From Phoronis australis (lineage: Eukaryota > Animalia > Phoronida), in the NCBI GenBank assembly GCA_002633005.1, contig NMRA01000264.1:62001-126000 (forward strand): a stretch of 64,000 nucleotides of DNA, written 5' to 3'. The notes under the pieces are model-generated. The model ran no database searches, had not been told where the DNA came from, and saw nothing but the letters and a program-made list of their open reading frames with translations. The position numbers and the translations under genes are program-made. Below are positions 1 to 12,639 of the stretch, piece after piece. Position 1 is the first letter of the stretch. Each line of letters begins with the position of its first letter.

Positions 1-3000
1 TCGTGTAACGAATAGTCTTAACCCTGTGAGAGTGTTTACTGGGTCCTAGCGTTAATCAATTTAGTGAAAATGTATTCCCAAATGGTGGTCTTTCAAAATG
101 CACGTTTTTAAAGGAAAAAATAAAAAGCATCCAAATATACACCAAAGATGAATCTTTAAGAATTTAAAAATAGTGTTTACAGAAAAGGTAAATGCTTGCA
201 GGTTTGCAATTTTCAACTGTATTGAGAAATTTCGTATTTGCTGAGTGCAACTGAAAGACGCACAGATTCGAATCATCCCGGGCTACCAATGACTAGCTTT
301 TGCATTTTTGAATTAAAGTGAATTTGTTGTTTAAAAGCTTATAGCTTTAAATCAATAGACTTATATAGCTATTTTTGAAAACGGTTGCTTTTTCCAGAAA
401 TTTCCATAAAATCAACAGTTTAAAATAGACATGACGTCTGTTAGGAATATCCGGCATTGGTGTATGTCAATATCACGGTTTTCCAGAATGGCACCAAGTA
501 GTCTTTATTCACATCAGTGTACAAACAGTCAAAGGAAATATTTGTTGCAATCGTTGTTCATTACTTTTCGTGATGATGACGATTGATATCTGGGACACCA
601 GTGAAGGATTATTTGAAAACTGACGGAAATACGTAACCTGCTCACATTTACCCAAAATGTGTTTTTGCGATGGCAACATCAGGTTGAATTCGATACATCC
701 AGATTCACGTGTCATGTCCTTGTAGAAGTGCAAAGAACTTTTACGAATACCTTGCATCAAAATCGCAATTACGGGGAAGTTACCTGAAGAGTTTGTTGTC
801 ATCCATATCGTTCTGATCCTGTGTCACTAAAAGAAAGAAAACCATTAAAGTTTTGTGAATTTGTAGGTTTTTGTGAGTCTAAGTTTTTGTGTTATTAGGA
901 TTCGGGAAAGTCAAGAACTACGCTAAAACCTGTTAGAAGGCAATCCACGCGCTTGGTGGAAATTCCGTTACAAACAAGAACATCGACACCATCGGCTACT
1001 CAAGACAACGTTTCAGAATTTATTGGGGTTGCCAATTGTTGAACTCGAAAATGACGCATTTATGCATTGACTCTGACTTGAGTTCGTAAGGGTAATGGAA
1101 TCCTATCACTGTAAAGAATATCATGAGTTCGATTACATGAAATATGATTTTTTTGGTTTTTTGCCAGCTAATCAGGACGACAAGTAACCTTAAGTATTCT
1201 ACACGGTAAACAAAGCCATGGACACGCGTGTTGATAATGAGTTTAGAAGGCTTGCTAATGGGTATTTAATTCTCTTTAAGTACGGAGCTAGTGTTCTTTT
1301 TGACAAAGAGCACCGAGCTGCGTTAGGCTTAACTCTAAGATTAGTGAAAGTTCAGATAACAACACATCTTAGTTCACGTTCGGTGTTGCCCACGCTGCTG
1401 ACGTAGATATTTCCATTTTCCGACTTACCAGCACAAGCGTAATTCAACAGGAGCCCAACGACAAGAATTACGTAGACCTTCTTCATTCTCGAGCTTGGAT
1501 TGACTTCCGCCTAAAGACAAATTTGAACTTTCAAAGTGATTACGGGGTGGGAAGATTATTTGATTGAATGCGTCCGCCTGCCCGTCTATCTGTCTGTCTG
1601 CTCAGTAATTCAAGTGCTCGATTATTAGTCTAGGCTGGACTTACAGTTAACTTTATTCTCCACTAGAGATAATTTCAGGCCGAATTCATACTTTAATGCT
1701 CCATGAAACCCGAGAGAATAATGCTGAAAGGATACTAAACCCTGTGTTGGTGAAGTTGTCCGAAATTGTTTCCGCCACCTGTTATATTTCCCTGGAAAAA
1801 TGAAAGCTAAAACTCAGTCCTTACTGAGTCACAAAAAGGATCCGGTGGAGGCGCAGACTCTCCCACAGTGGTCCAATTTAACCTATTTTGCAAGGAGTTG
1901 TCGTCGTCTGTATGGTACTTTTTTGTTTCAAACGTGCCTACGTGTTCAGACGTTATGTTTCACTGCGACGCAATGGTTTGCGTGAACAAATTCCTGGATG
2001 GGAAAGTATCCATCACCCGAATTATGCATTTTTCATGTGTTGACGGAGATAACTGAACTCTGTGCACAGTTCTTGTCCGAAATTTCGATACATTTAAATA
2101 TAAAATTAGCCTACCTTAATAATGCTTTGAAGTTGAATTTCAGTTTGAAGCCTGAAGTTGATTTTCACATATGAAAGGCCCGCTTTATATAGTCGCGCAA
2201 GTCTCTCTGGTTAATGAATTGAATTATTGAAAACGGGGTAATCAAGTAATACAGTCTAATGTTTGTTACTAAATTGTCCTCCCAAAACGTAAAATTACAC
2301 CCATTTCACTCTATTAGTGGTATTAGCTGTATGCGAATTTCGTTTGATCCTTTTGATTCCTGTTTGCAGAACAGTTAACCCTTAGCACAAGATTGCTTTG
2401 TTAGACTCTTATTTACAATTTGTAATTTTAGAAATACAGAAACGGTGCTAGATCGGGCAACGAACGGACAATAGCTATAGCGTGTAAATACGCAAATAAC
2501 GCTTTTGTTTGGATATCTAGAATTTACGTAATTTGATAACCACCGAGCTTGCAGAAATGACAGCGTTGGTGCGAAAGAAAACATGACACGAATATTTGTA
2601 TATCAGTTTCCTGTTAGCGCTTGTATGCATTTTAAGCCTCGGAGCTCTGGTCTAATAATTAAGTGAAACAAACTGCTTGTGTTACCATTGCTCTTGTAAG
2701 AAAACTTGCAAAATCACGCAAGCGAAAAGCGTGCTTCGGAAATGTCATGAGAATTGTTGTAAAATAAATTTGAAACGAAGTCGAGCGTAGGAATGCAATA
2801 AAATTTGAACTGAACATGCCCAGTAATGTCGTGGTTGGTCGGGGCTCGCCAGACAAGCGCTCGATTTCGTTCCCAAACACTTTCTAGAGAGGTTAGCTAC
2901 TCTTCTAATGAGACTCACTTCTTCAACTCTTTTTCTCAGTATGGCCCTTGGCCTTTTTCACACCGGGTTTCATTAGCCGACTACACACAGCACTCATCGT

Positions 3001-3150
3001 CAATTTTCACGGCTCCCAGAGGAGCTGATGATTTCGCTGCATCGATTTCAGCTAACATTTTTAGGAATCATCGGTTTCTAAAAATGACTTCAAAAAGTGA
3101 ATCCCATCCAAAACATTCCCCGCAATGCATTTTAACCTTTGAGAGAAAGT
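1..3150. repeat. Segmental duplication, copy A (copy B about 15818-18745; partial copy about 10350-11105)
   Basis: Long collinear similarity visible by eye, e.g. 1421-1490 vs 17081-17150, 2050-2300 vs 17790-18040, and 2820-3200 vs 10710-11105. Confidence 0.9.
784..1486 (-). CDS. Secreted knottin-type precursor, 5' part only (signal exon plus propeptide exon); the mature exon is predicted just outside the window start
   Basis: Exon 1486-1429 encodes MKKVYVILVVGLLLNYACA-G with a phase-1 GTAAGT donor. Exon 826-784 (TTTTAG acceptor, GTAAC donor, phase 1 to 2) encodes VTQDQNDMDDNKLFR. The paralog at 17147-16477 is followed by knottin exons, and by alignment the equivalent exon here lies about 0.1 kb before position 1. 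Confidence 0.7.
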
Positions 3151-3772
3151 ATACTGAAAGTGAAAACCAAATATAGCGCTCGTCAAGTTCAGACTTACCT
3201 GTCTATCGTCAATAAACTGAGTCGCTCTTTGCCGGATCCGACCTTATTCTCGCGTTAGTTAAATTCAGTCCGCATAGAAATAGTCACGTCACAAGATCAC
3301 AGGTTTTTTGGTCATGTGACCGATAATTTATGTACTTGAGACAAAAAACAGAAATGGAGATAATTGCAGTTTTGGCAGAGTATTTGCATCCAATCAATTA
3401 TTTTATACTATTTCCATACACATTGTTCAGACCCTTAGCTTCCGTCGTTTTAGCAATCATTATGTAAGTCGGCTGTCCAATGGCGATGTAGGCCTATAGC
3501 GTACTAGCTAACGTTGGATGCGAGACAAGTTGACACTGAACTGAGGACCACTTACTCAGTGTCCCTTCAAATGGGTTTAATGACTGCAATTACTTTGCCA
3601 ACTGCCTGTTTTTAGTGGAACTTCCAGCTTTTTGAATATTTGTTCCGCCACCCGCTTTAGCGTACATTCTGTTTTTTCCACACGAGAACCAATTCATGAG
3701 TATTCGTATAGTTTGTGCTTTTCCTCACAATACTCCCCAACGACGTACTGTTTGTAAAGCTTGCTTCTCGCA

Positions 3773-4051
3773 AAACCAACTTGCTGTAAACCTCTTACAT
3801 GCGTATTTGGTTAATGTAGGTTGTGTTGCGCCAACTACGGAGCGTCTTGCAGCGGCACATCTATCCTAAACTGCTGTTATCCGCACACATGGAGACCCGA
3901 CAACAACAGTGTGGGCTCGCGGTTGTACTGCGTTGAAGAATTCTGTGATGCTTGCGCCAAATCTGGACAAAAATATTCCACGAACGTACCGTGCTGTGGT
4001 GGTTTGACGTGTACTGCGAACACGGGAAGTGCCAACCAGTATTGTAAATAA
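3773..4051 (+). pseudogene. 5'-truncated, disabled paralog of the triple-knottin gene at 20086-22372
   Basis: Near-identical to 22095-22372 and its 3' flank (to about 4615 vs 23000). It has TAA at 3812-3814 where the paralog has AAA, and Cys-to-Tyr in knot 3 (QKYSTN vs QKCSTN). The start of knot 1, the acceptor and the upstream exons are missing. Confidence 0.85.
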
Positions 4052-4649
4052 ATTGTAATTTTGATTGTGGCTTTTATTTTTCTGTAGCTGTTCAGTGAAT
4101 AAAACAGTGTAATGATCTGCTTATGCATATTTGGAATTTTGATATGATAATTAAGTCTTATAAAGTATTAATCGTGTCATTAAAAGGATAGCACCCACTG
4201 TTTTAGCGATTTCCTCCAAAATCGATTCCGTCATGAGCCATTTTGCATAATCAGTGATTCCAGTTGATAGTTAGAATAATTAATGTTATTAATATTAATA
4301 GCATCTACTAATACCACTACCGCTTGATATACTACCACTGTTATTAATGTTATTACGATAACTACTAATTTATTTGCCACATAATTAAGTATAATAATTA
4401 TAGTCAATATCAATAGCTATTCACAATAATAATAAAAACTAAGTATGGTATTCTCCATATTAATTAAATTTAACACTAACATTAGCAGAAACAGTGAAAT
4501 TATCGATAATCACACAAGAAATAATGTTAGCATAATAAACAAAAATACCACTACGATAAATTACTACGGTAATTAAAATCATCTTTAATCTAGAATGAGC
4601 ATTCTGTTATCATTCAGTTATTTTCTGTGTTACATCAAGTGATGATGAC

Positions 4650-4870
4650 TTCGTGATGTAGTGGTTAAGGTGCTGGACTCGAATTATCTGTAGTTTCAGA
4701 AGATGCGGGTTCAAATCCTGCCCCGGACAAAAAATCACACCGTGAGTGTACCACATATCAGAGTTCGTTCTTCTAAGAACGCGGGAACACCTGACGATGG
4801 CCGGGAATAGACCGACCGAAACGTCGTGACAGTGTAAATAGACCAGAGATTTTAATAATAGTTGTAACAC
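4650..4870 (+). mobile_element. tRNA-headed SINE-like element carrying a hammerhead-like motif
   Basis: Pol III A-box-like TGTAGTGGTTAAG at about 4656 and B-box GGTTCAAATCC at about 4708. These are followed by CAC-CTGACGA-stem-GAAACGTC-GTG at 4788-4828. The element is absent at the matching point of the paralogous flank (about 23000). Confidence 0.55.
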
Positions 4871-5849
4871 GCCACGTCAGAGCGGTTTTAGAAAGTCATT
4901 ACATGAAGTGAAGGTAAGAAATACAGACCATATTCTATTTGTAAACTAAATGAGGCGAATAAACTTACAAAAATTCGTATGCAGTTGTTAATTAAGTACA
5001 TGTATGGGTAGTTTCTTCAAATTAGAGACAAGAAATTCGGTGCCGTTTTATGTTAAACTGATGTAACTGTTTTTCATTTAACGCATAAACGTTCCTCCAA
5101 TTCCTGTTGATTGTGCTGGGTTTTTGATAAAAAATGGTGGAATATGTTTTATAATTTTGAGAGGAGGCAGTGTAGTCTAGGGGATTGAGTATCTGCCCCT
5201 TGTTCACATGGTCGTAACTTCGAATCTCCCAGGAGTCCACTGCTCCTCGGCTAGGTCTCAATTTGTGTTTATATCGATGTGTTGTATGTGTGTATTAAAT
5301 ATAAAACTCCAAAATGGATTCGACTGTTTGGTGTAATGAGCGCAGCTGATGCAACGTGTATTGAACCACCTGTACTATTTTTTATAATTCTGTCTACGAT
5401 TTAATCATACTCTTAACATAACTTTTTTTAATTGTTCATTTGAATTCGAGACCATATTAGTACAATTGTTTACATTCAGTATAAATGAACAAAACATTAT
5501 AAGTAGACTGCAATAACAATGTATGAATTATTTAATGAAATGATAATATTTAGTATTGCAATTGAATACAAATGTGAATATACCTTGAAAGGAAAAATAC
5601 AATATTTACTCTCAGTACACCAATAAACAGACTGCAAAAGAGAAATGTATTCACGTTGGAAAACCGATATTTTGTTGACATTATGATCATTATTGTTATT
5701 ACCGTTATCATTGTCGTTATCGTTATTGTCGTTTTTATTATTATTTTTTATTATTAATAGTATTGTTGTTGTGGTTTGTTATTGTTATTATTGTTTTTTC
5801 ATTTCGATTTTGTTTTATTGAAAGTTTCACTTTTAGGAGTCTGGACAAC

Positions 5850-8400
5850 ATGAAAGCATCATTCGTTGCGTTAATCGCCTTGTCCAACTTTATTTTGGCT
5901 TTCGATCAACGGGAAGGTAACGATATTTCGTTTGAATGAGTTGGCTAAAAATAGAAAGTCCTTGTGAGTAAGATTGGTGATGTCCGTTTTTACTTACTTG
6001 CTATTAAACACGAATAAAAATTCTAGCTTAGGCCAAGTACGTGCTTGGCACGACACATATTACAATCTTCAATAGCAAACCTTAATTAGTATTCTAAGTA
6101 GAATGGGCAATTTCATTTACTCAGTTAAAACTGATTCAGTCGACAAAAGAGATTTTTCGTTTTGAACATATTCACTCGACAATAAAGTATAAAATGTGGT
6201 TGGATGTTTATATCTTAATAAAGCATATATTTGGTCAAAAAAACCTCGTTCTCCGTTGATGACTTTCTAAAGTAAAATCTCCTTTTTCCTGTCTGAGAAG
6301 TAGAAAGCGAGCGGTTACCACCAGTCAGGACCGTAGTCAGCATTGCTCGCCGGGTGGTTCGAATAGAACGGCGGACCTCTCCAAACGTCGCCACTGTCGA
6401 GTTTTCGGTAAGGCTTTGACACAGCTTAATTTGGAGGAAGGAAAATCTGTATACTCAACGATGACTCTTAGCTCTATGTTCCTGAGGTGAGACGGAATTC
6501 CTAATACCAGAAACGAGGATGCCGTGACGGTTGCTCGCAAAGACCGGGACTCAAATTTGAATGTAATGTGGTGCAGAAAGAGAACGTTCCAGCACTACCC
6601 CCTGCCAAACTTTCAAATCAGGCGTGATTAAATGAGTGATTTCACCTCATTACATATTCGGACGGAAATATTTAGTCGGAGAATGACTTGAAACTTTTAA
6701 TGTGGTTGTATTTTGTGTGTTACTTAAGTTGCTTACATTGATGAAAATGGGAACAGCCTACTACTCCGACGGTTCATTACTATCACAATATCTAAAATTT
6801 CGGTGTCTTGGGTGTAGTTATGACATTTTTAAACACAGAATTAAACCATACTTCGGTTACTAGATGCACTAAGTGGTGCAATTATAACCAAAACAACGCA
6901 AGGATTTCATGCACATGCCCGCATGTCTATCGAATACTGAAAATGAGTACGTACTTGCATTTTAATATTGATGAATTATCAACCACGATACATGCATCAA
7001 ATCCATGTCAAGATCGCACCATTTCACTGAAAAGTTTAGGGCCGCTGCGCCTCACCCTCACCTACCGGAATCACGCGCATGGCCGGGTCGAAAATAAGTG
7101 TTGATAGTAGGCTTCCCTGTCCCTGTCAATCTTTACGAAGAAGTCAAAGAGTCACATTCAGTCTTTTTGATTTTAAAACCCTGAACCGATGTTGTCCCTG
7201 CTTGAGAATGAGTCTTCACGATTGGCAGTGATTGGAACTGAGCTCGTTTCTTAACATTGCAATTAAAGTTTTGATAACTATTTAACAGTTGCACACCCTT
7301 TAAAAGGTTACTAATGGACACATATACAATACTTTATCCATATCAGTTACGACTCATTAGCAGACAATCAGAGCAATGAACTGTCGGAGTTCTGGTTTCG
7401 GAATTGTGGACATTCGAAGTAGTGAGCTTTCAAATGTAGCAAACCATTGGTGAATCAAACTTCGGAGTAGTGAAGTTTCGGAGCAGTGAAGTTTCGGAGT
7501 GGTGACATGTAACCCTGGAAGTCTTTGTGGCTGTGCACCATTGGCACGGATTGTCAAGAGTAAACTTTTTTCATTGACCAACGTTTTGCGAGCATGCTCG
7601 CCAGTGTTTTGTCAGAGCAAGAAAACACGGTAGCTAAATGTCTGTTTTTTGCCGGAGCAACGACGGGGGACTGCCTGTATTGAACTTACCGTCGGCGTGC
7701 ACTGAATTCAAAAGAATGAAATGGCACATCCGTGTACACACACGCATGCATGTCAATCCAACAATCCGCAGTCAAAGTGGACGCTGGAGGAACAACATAT
7801 TTGACGATCCCTTTCAGTTTCAAATTTGAAAATGCCTGCACTTTATCATACTATGTCAGCAAGTATACCACAATAGCGGATAACAAACCTTTTTTCTGCA
7901 GTTTTTTTCTTGGTCGACGTTAAAGCATTCACAACGCACTACTTTTATGAGCTCTGTCGCTGCTCTAGAGCCTAGCTAGGTTTAGACATTTACTGCTTGA
8001 CTCCCTCGTTACGCAGTGTCGTAGCCACCACGCGCGTCCAATGCCCGGCCTTCTCCTTAGTTATCAATTTAGTAGTAGTATCAGTAGTTGGAACAGTTTT
8101 GTTGTTGTTATCGATCTTTACCCATATCTTTAACGGATGGGCTAGGGCTGGATCTTTTCCGCGAATGGTAGGTTCGTTCGAACACCCCCCCCCCCGAAAC
8201 CTCCTGGCTACGTGCCTGCTGCATGCAAACGATTACATTACTGTTTCTGTTAGAAATGCACATTTGAACGTTTTATCATGTTGTTTTTGTTTTTCATTGC
8301 ATTGTTCAAGTATTGCGCAGGGTCCGGAGAGGGATTTTACACGGGTCCATGCTGCGGTCTAATGAAATGTAAATACGGCGATGCAACAAGTATATTACCA
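5850..8400 (+). pseudogene. Probable knottin pseudogene (signal exon 5850-5916; decayed knot exon about 8311-8400)
   Basis: MKASFVALIALSNFILAFDQRE-G with a phase-1 GTAAC donor. Downstream reads YCAGSGEGFYTGPCCGLMKCKYG, with Cys2 apparently replaced by Phe. A probable 1-nt deletion (TACGGCGATGC) shifts the expected G-R-C out of frame. The linking propeptide exon was not found, so joining the two parts is inferred. Confidence 0.55.
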
Positions 8401-9289
8401 CGTATGGTACAATTCGATCAAATATTATATACTGCCAGCGAGTATGCAATTGTAGTGAGAGTTGTGTTTAAATAAATCACCAAGAAATTATGCTGTTTCT
8501 AGATCATTTTTTAAGTTGAATAACTCTGATACCAAATAACAATCTGATAGCGTTGTCAACCTTTAAACATTGGAGGATATTTTTCAACTCCATGAGAAAT
8601 TTTGAAATCAACAAGTGTTGCTCCAAAAAAGTCTTGTTGTAACATCAAAGTAATGTTAAAACCCCCGGAGTCTCTTAGGGGACGTTTTAGTAGAGGGTTG
8701 TAGTTTGTTTTGTTCACTCGCTTTTTTATTTTATAGTGAAAATTAGATATCACGAAATTAATGCCGTCTAAAATCAATAATACTCAGTTTAAAGTCCTTA
8801 TCTCAAAGGGCATTCTAGTTCAAAAACTTAAAAATATATACCAAATTAAGTAATTAGTAACATGGCATGTTCACATCCTTTCTGTTAACAAACTAAAAGC
8901 CTTTTTAGCACAATTTTGTACCTCAGCCGAGATCGGGAAATCATCGACTATTCCCGTCTATTTCCGTGACCTGAGTTCCTGTGTGTCAGTTCAGGAACGA
9001 TTCCTGAATGCCAGCCATGTTGTCCTTGAAAACGTAGTGACATCACCGCGAGCGTAAATGCCTTGTTACTTTGTTTGGTTGTTTTTGGTTTCCAGTTTGG
9101 TTCTTTTTATACAAACTTTATTATTTATTATCCTAATTTTACCTGTTCTTTGCATAAGACGAATGGTATTTAATGCATAATCATAAGTTTGAAGTACCTT
9201 CGCAAAGTCTCCCGCGTAACCAACGCTCGGCTACTGAGTTCAGGCCTGACTCATCGCGAGGGTACGTCAAAATACCAGTACTCAGATCC

Positions 9290-10352
9290 ATCCCAAAATA
9301 ATCGTCGTTGTCAACATCATATCAACACACTTCTTAAATTTAGTAAAGATCCTACGAACGGCTTAGGAGATACAGCTATGGGCGAAAAAATGAAACTGCC
9401 ACTAGGAGGCGCCACAGTAGTCGAAGTCATCGGAAAATCATTGTCAGCCGTTCACTTCATAGTAAAAACATAAATGCTAATTTTCACAATTTTCCTGAAA
9501 GCGGTTTGGTTTATATAGGGATGGACGCCAAAAACAGACTCGAAAACAGTAAAAATGGCCACTAGGTGGCGCAAACTGAGTTGAATCCATCTGAAAATGG
9601 AAAGATAGCGTCAACTCGCTAACAGAAACCTGTACGCCAAATTTTATGAAAATACGTTGAGGAAAACGTAAAAAATAAAATTGCCACTAGGTGGCACACC
9701 AGCAGACAGATCTGTCCGAAAGTCATCGTAGTCCTTTGTCAACATCATATAAATGCACTTACTAAATTTAATAAAGATGCTGCAAAACGGATAAGGAGAT
9801 AAAGCCATAGGCGCAAAAAAACAAAAAAATGCCACTAGGAGGCGCCGCAGTAGTTGAAGTCGTCGGAAAATCATCGTCAATCTTCATCTTCATAGTAAAA
9901 ACAAACATGCCAATTTTCACAATAATGCTTAGAGCGGTTTGGTTGATAGAGGGGTGGACGTTAAGAAACAGACTCGACAAGATTAAAAATGGCCACTAGG
10001 TGGCGCAAACTACATCGAACCCATCCGAAAACGGGAGGATGTTGTCGTTTGACTAATAGATACCTAATACCCAATTTCATGAAAATACCTTGAGGACCTA
10101 TGAAGATACAGAGGTAAACGTAAAAAACTAAACTTGCCACTGGGGGGCACACTAGTAGTTGGATCCGTCCAAAAGTTCGCTCATGCCGTCCCATTTATAA
10201 AAGGAATACATGTGCAAAATTTCATGAGCATACCTCAATCGGTTTTGGAGATAGAGCAGCGGACGTCGGACGGACGCCGGACGGACACTGCCCGGACGGA
10301 CGGACGCAGATGACGGCATAATACGTCCACATATAAATACGTGGGCGCATAA
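9290..10352 (+). mobile_element. Non-autonomous element with internal tandem subrepeats (Helentron-associated/HINE-like architecture)
   Basis: Internal duplication with a period of about 433 bp, six GCCACTAGGTGGCGC-like motifs, a (CGGA)n-like tract at 10260-10310, and a 3' hairpin CGTCCAC..GTGGGCG followed by ATAAA. Family assignment is by architecture only. Confidence 0.55.
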
Positions 10353-11909
10353 AATGGAGCTAGATCGGTCACAGGACAGCCAATAGCCATAGTGTGTAAC
10401 GCATTTGTTTAGAAATCTAGTATTTATGTAGTTTGAGAACCACCGAGCTTGCATAAATGACATGACGTGAATATTGTATATCAGATTTCTTTCAGCGCTA
10501 TGCATTTTAAGCCTCGGAGCGCAGGTCTAATAATCAGATGAAGCAAACAGCTGGTGTTGCTGATGTAACAAAATAAAAAATGACCTAAGTAGCGTTTCGG
10601 GGGCCAATGTTCTTGCAAGAAAACTTACAAAATCACGCTGAGAAATTTGTAGAATAAATCTGAAACAAAGTCGAGCGTGGGACTGCTATAAATTGGAAAT
10701 GAACAATCTCAGTAATGTCGTGGTTGGAAGGGACTCGCCAGACAAGCGCTCCATTTCGTTCCCAAACACTTTCTAGAGAGGTTAGTTACTCTTCTAATGA
10801 GACTCACTTCTTCAACTCTTTTTCTCAGTATGGCCCTTGGCTTTTTTCACACCGGGTTTGATTAGCCGAATACACACCGCACTCATTGTCCATTTTTACT
10901 GCGCCCAGAACAAAAGAGCTGACGATATCGCTGCCTCGATTTTAGTTAATATTGCCTGGAAGCCTTTGTAAGGAATCATCGGTTTTTAATAACTTTAAGA
11001 TGTGATCCCATCCAAAATATTCCCCACAATGCATTTTAACCTTTGAGTGAAAATGTATTGAAAGCGAAAACCAAATAAAGAGCTCATCAAGTTCAGACTT
11101 ACCTGTTCGTTTTCAATTAACTGATGTTTTGTTGTTTTTTTTTACACACGAGAGCACATTTATGAGTGATCGCATAGTTTTGTGCTTCACAGCACAATAG
11201 GCTAGCACCGTCTTTCCCGATTTCGTTTTACTTAAAAGGATACCAATCCCGGTTTGGTCCATTAACAGAGATTGAAAACGACATTTCCATACAAGTCCCT
11301 GGAACAAAATGATGCTCTATAACCCTCTACAAGCCACAAAAGTTTGAAAAGAAATTAAAAATCTCCTTTCCAAGTCTGCATGACCTACCCGTTCAGCAAA
11401 TTACAGGGCAACTTCGGGGAAAATCACCCACCAAGAACCATAATTTCCAGTCTGTTATATAGGAAGTACTTTTTGATGATTTCTCTTTTTATCTTTCAAG
11501 ATTGACACCAATGACGCGTTAGCAAGTGACAGAACTGTGATTGGATGAAATGATGAAAAAACAGGGTTTAGAATCTTTTTAAAGAAGAAGGTTAATGCCG
11601 ACGTTGGAGTGTTTCTGGGCATCATTGCGACGGACACTTGTCCATCGTTAAAAGACCTAGCGAATCTAGATAGACATCTGCTAAATGCCGCAGCAAATAA
11701 TTAAACCTGCATTTCGCCTTGTTTTGTTGGTTAGAAAACGAAAATCAAATTATGCTTTATACTCGCATAAAATCAGTCTCATAACATTTCCTCACCCTGA
11801 TAAGATCCAATATCGCTGGTGGTTTCGATACTCCAGTCGATAATTGATATAGAATCTTATCATAATATAATATTGCGGAACAAGATGTTTGCACAATCAG
11901 TGTGATACC

Positions 11910-12085
11910 TCGTATTGCTTTGCATTGCATTGTGTTGTACTGTATCGTATTGTATTGTAGTACACTGTAGAGTACTGTATTACATTGTATTGTATTGTAT
12001 TGTAATGTATTGTATTGTAATGTATTGTATTGTAATGTATTGGATTGTATTGTATTGTATTGTATTGTATTGTATTGTATTGTGT
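11910..12085. repeat. (ATTGT)n pentanucleotide microsatellite; degenerate copies at about 13320-13400 and 14860-14960
   Basis: Directly visible tandem TATTG/TGTAT repeats, one per unit of the 1.5-kb triplication. Confidence 0.95.
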
Positions 12086-12533
12086 CTTGATTTATGGAAG
12101 AACTGATAGTTTCAATGTCGTTTGAGACCATGCATTAACGGAGCCTCATCTCAATCAATAAAGAGCCGCTAGATCTTCTCAAGCTCACGAATAGTCTCCA
12201 ATTCAAGTAAGGATCAAGTTAAAATCCGATCTATAGCAGTGAGTGTCAAAAGTTAGTTTTTGTACGGACGGAGGGTTCAGGGCAGTTTTAGGTAAATGAT
12301 CGAGAATGCGACACATATGAGCTAAAAAGAAAAATAATGAAAACAAGACATTTATATTTTGAACTGAGAGTCTTCCAATCAATTCAGATGTCTGTTCCGT
12401 AGACACAACAGAATCGCAAAAATTTAAGATCCATGTTTTCGTGAGATATCGACATGTATTTCAAGCAAAGCACGTGATCACAGTAACTTTACTCGCGAGA
12501 TTTTGGCGTCTACAGAACACAACCCGACAATCA

Positions 12534-12639
12534 TCAAGGTACCGGTATACATCTTCCATATCTGCATTTAAAAGTGCTGTTGAGGCAACAGTCCCAATCA
12601 AACCTGCACATTCCGCCGTACGGCGTACATCATCTCGCC
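12534..12639 (-). pseudogene. Single-knottin terminal exon with an in-frame TGA
   Basis: TTTTCTTCAG acceptor; read in phase 2 it gives (R)AR*CTPYGGMCRFDWDCCLNSTFKCRYGRCIPVP*, a complete C-C-CC-C-C framework. The TGA at 12632-12630 is CGA in the sister copies. Confidence 0.8.

Noticed and set aside
4650-4730. Functional tRNA gene (also 52782-52843)
   Set aside because: Only the A and B boxes are recognisable, without a complete acceptor/anticodon cloverleaf, so I treated these as SINE-like heads.
11757-12131. IQYNT-repeat and YCIVL-repeat ORFs
   Set aside because: These are translations of the (ATTGT)n microsatellite.
12630-12632. In-frame TGA as selenocysteine
   Set aside because: Sister copies have CGA (Arg) at this position, so a CpG transition is simpler. 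It is not a framework Cys position, and I recognised no SECIS.
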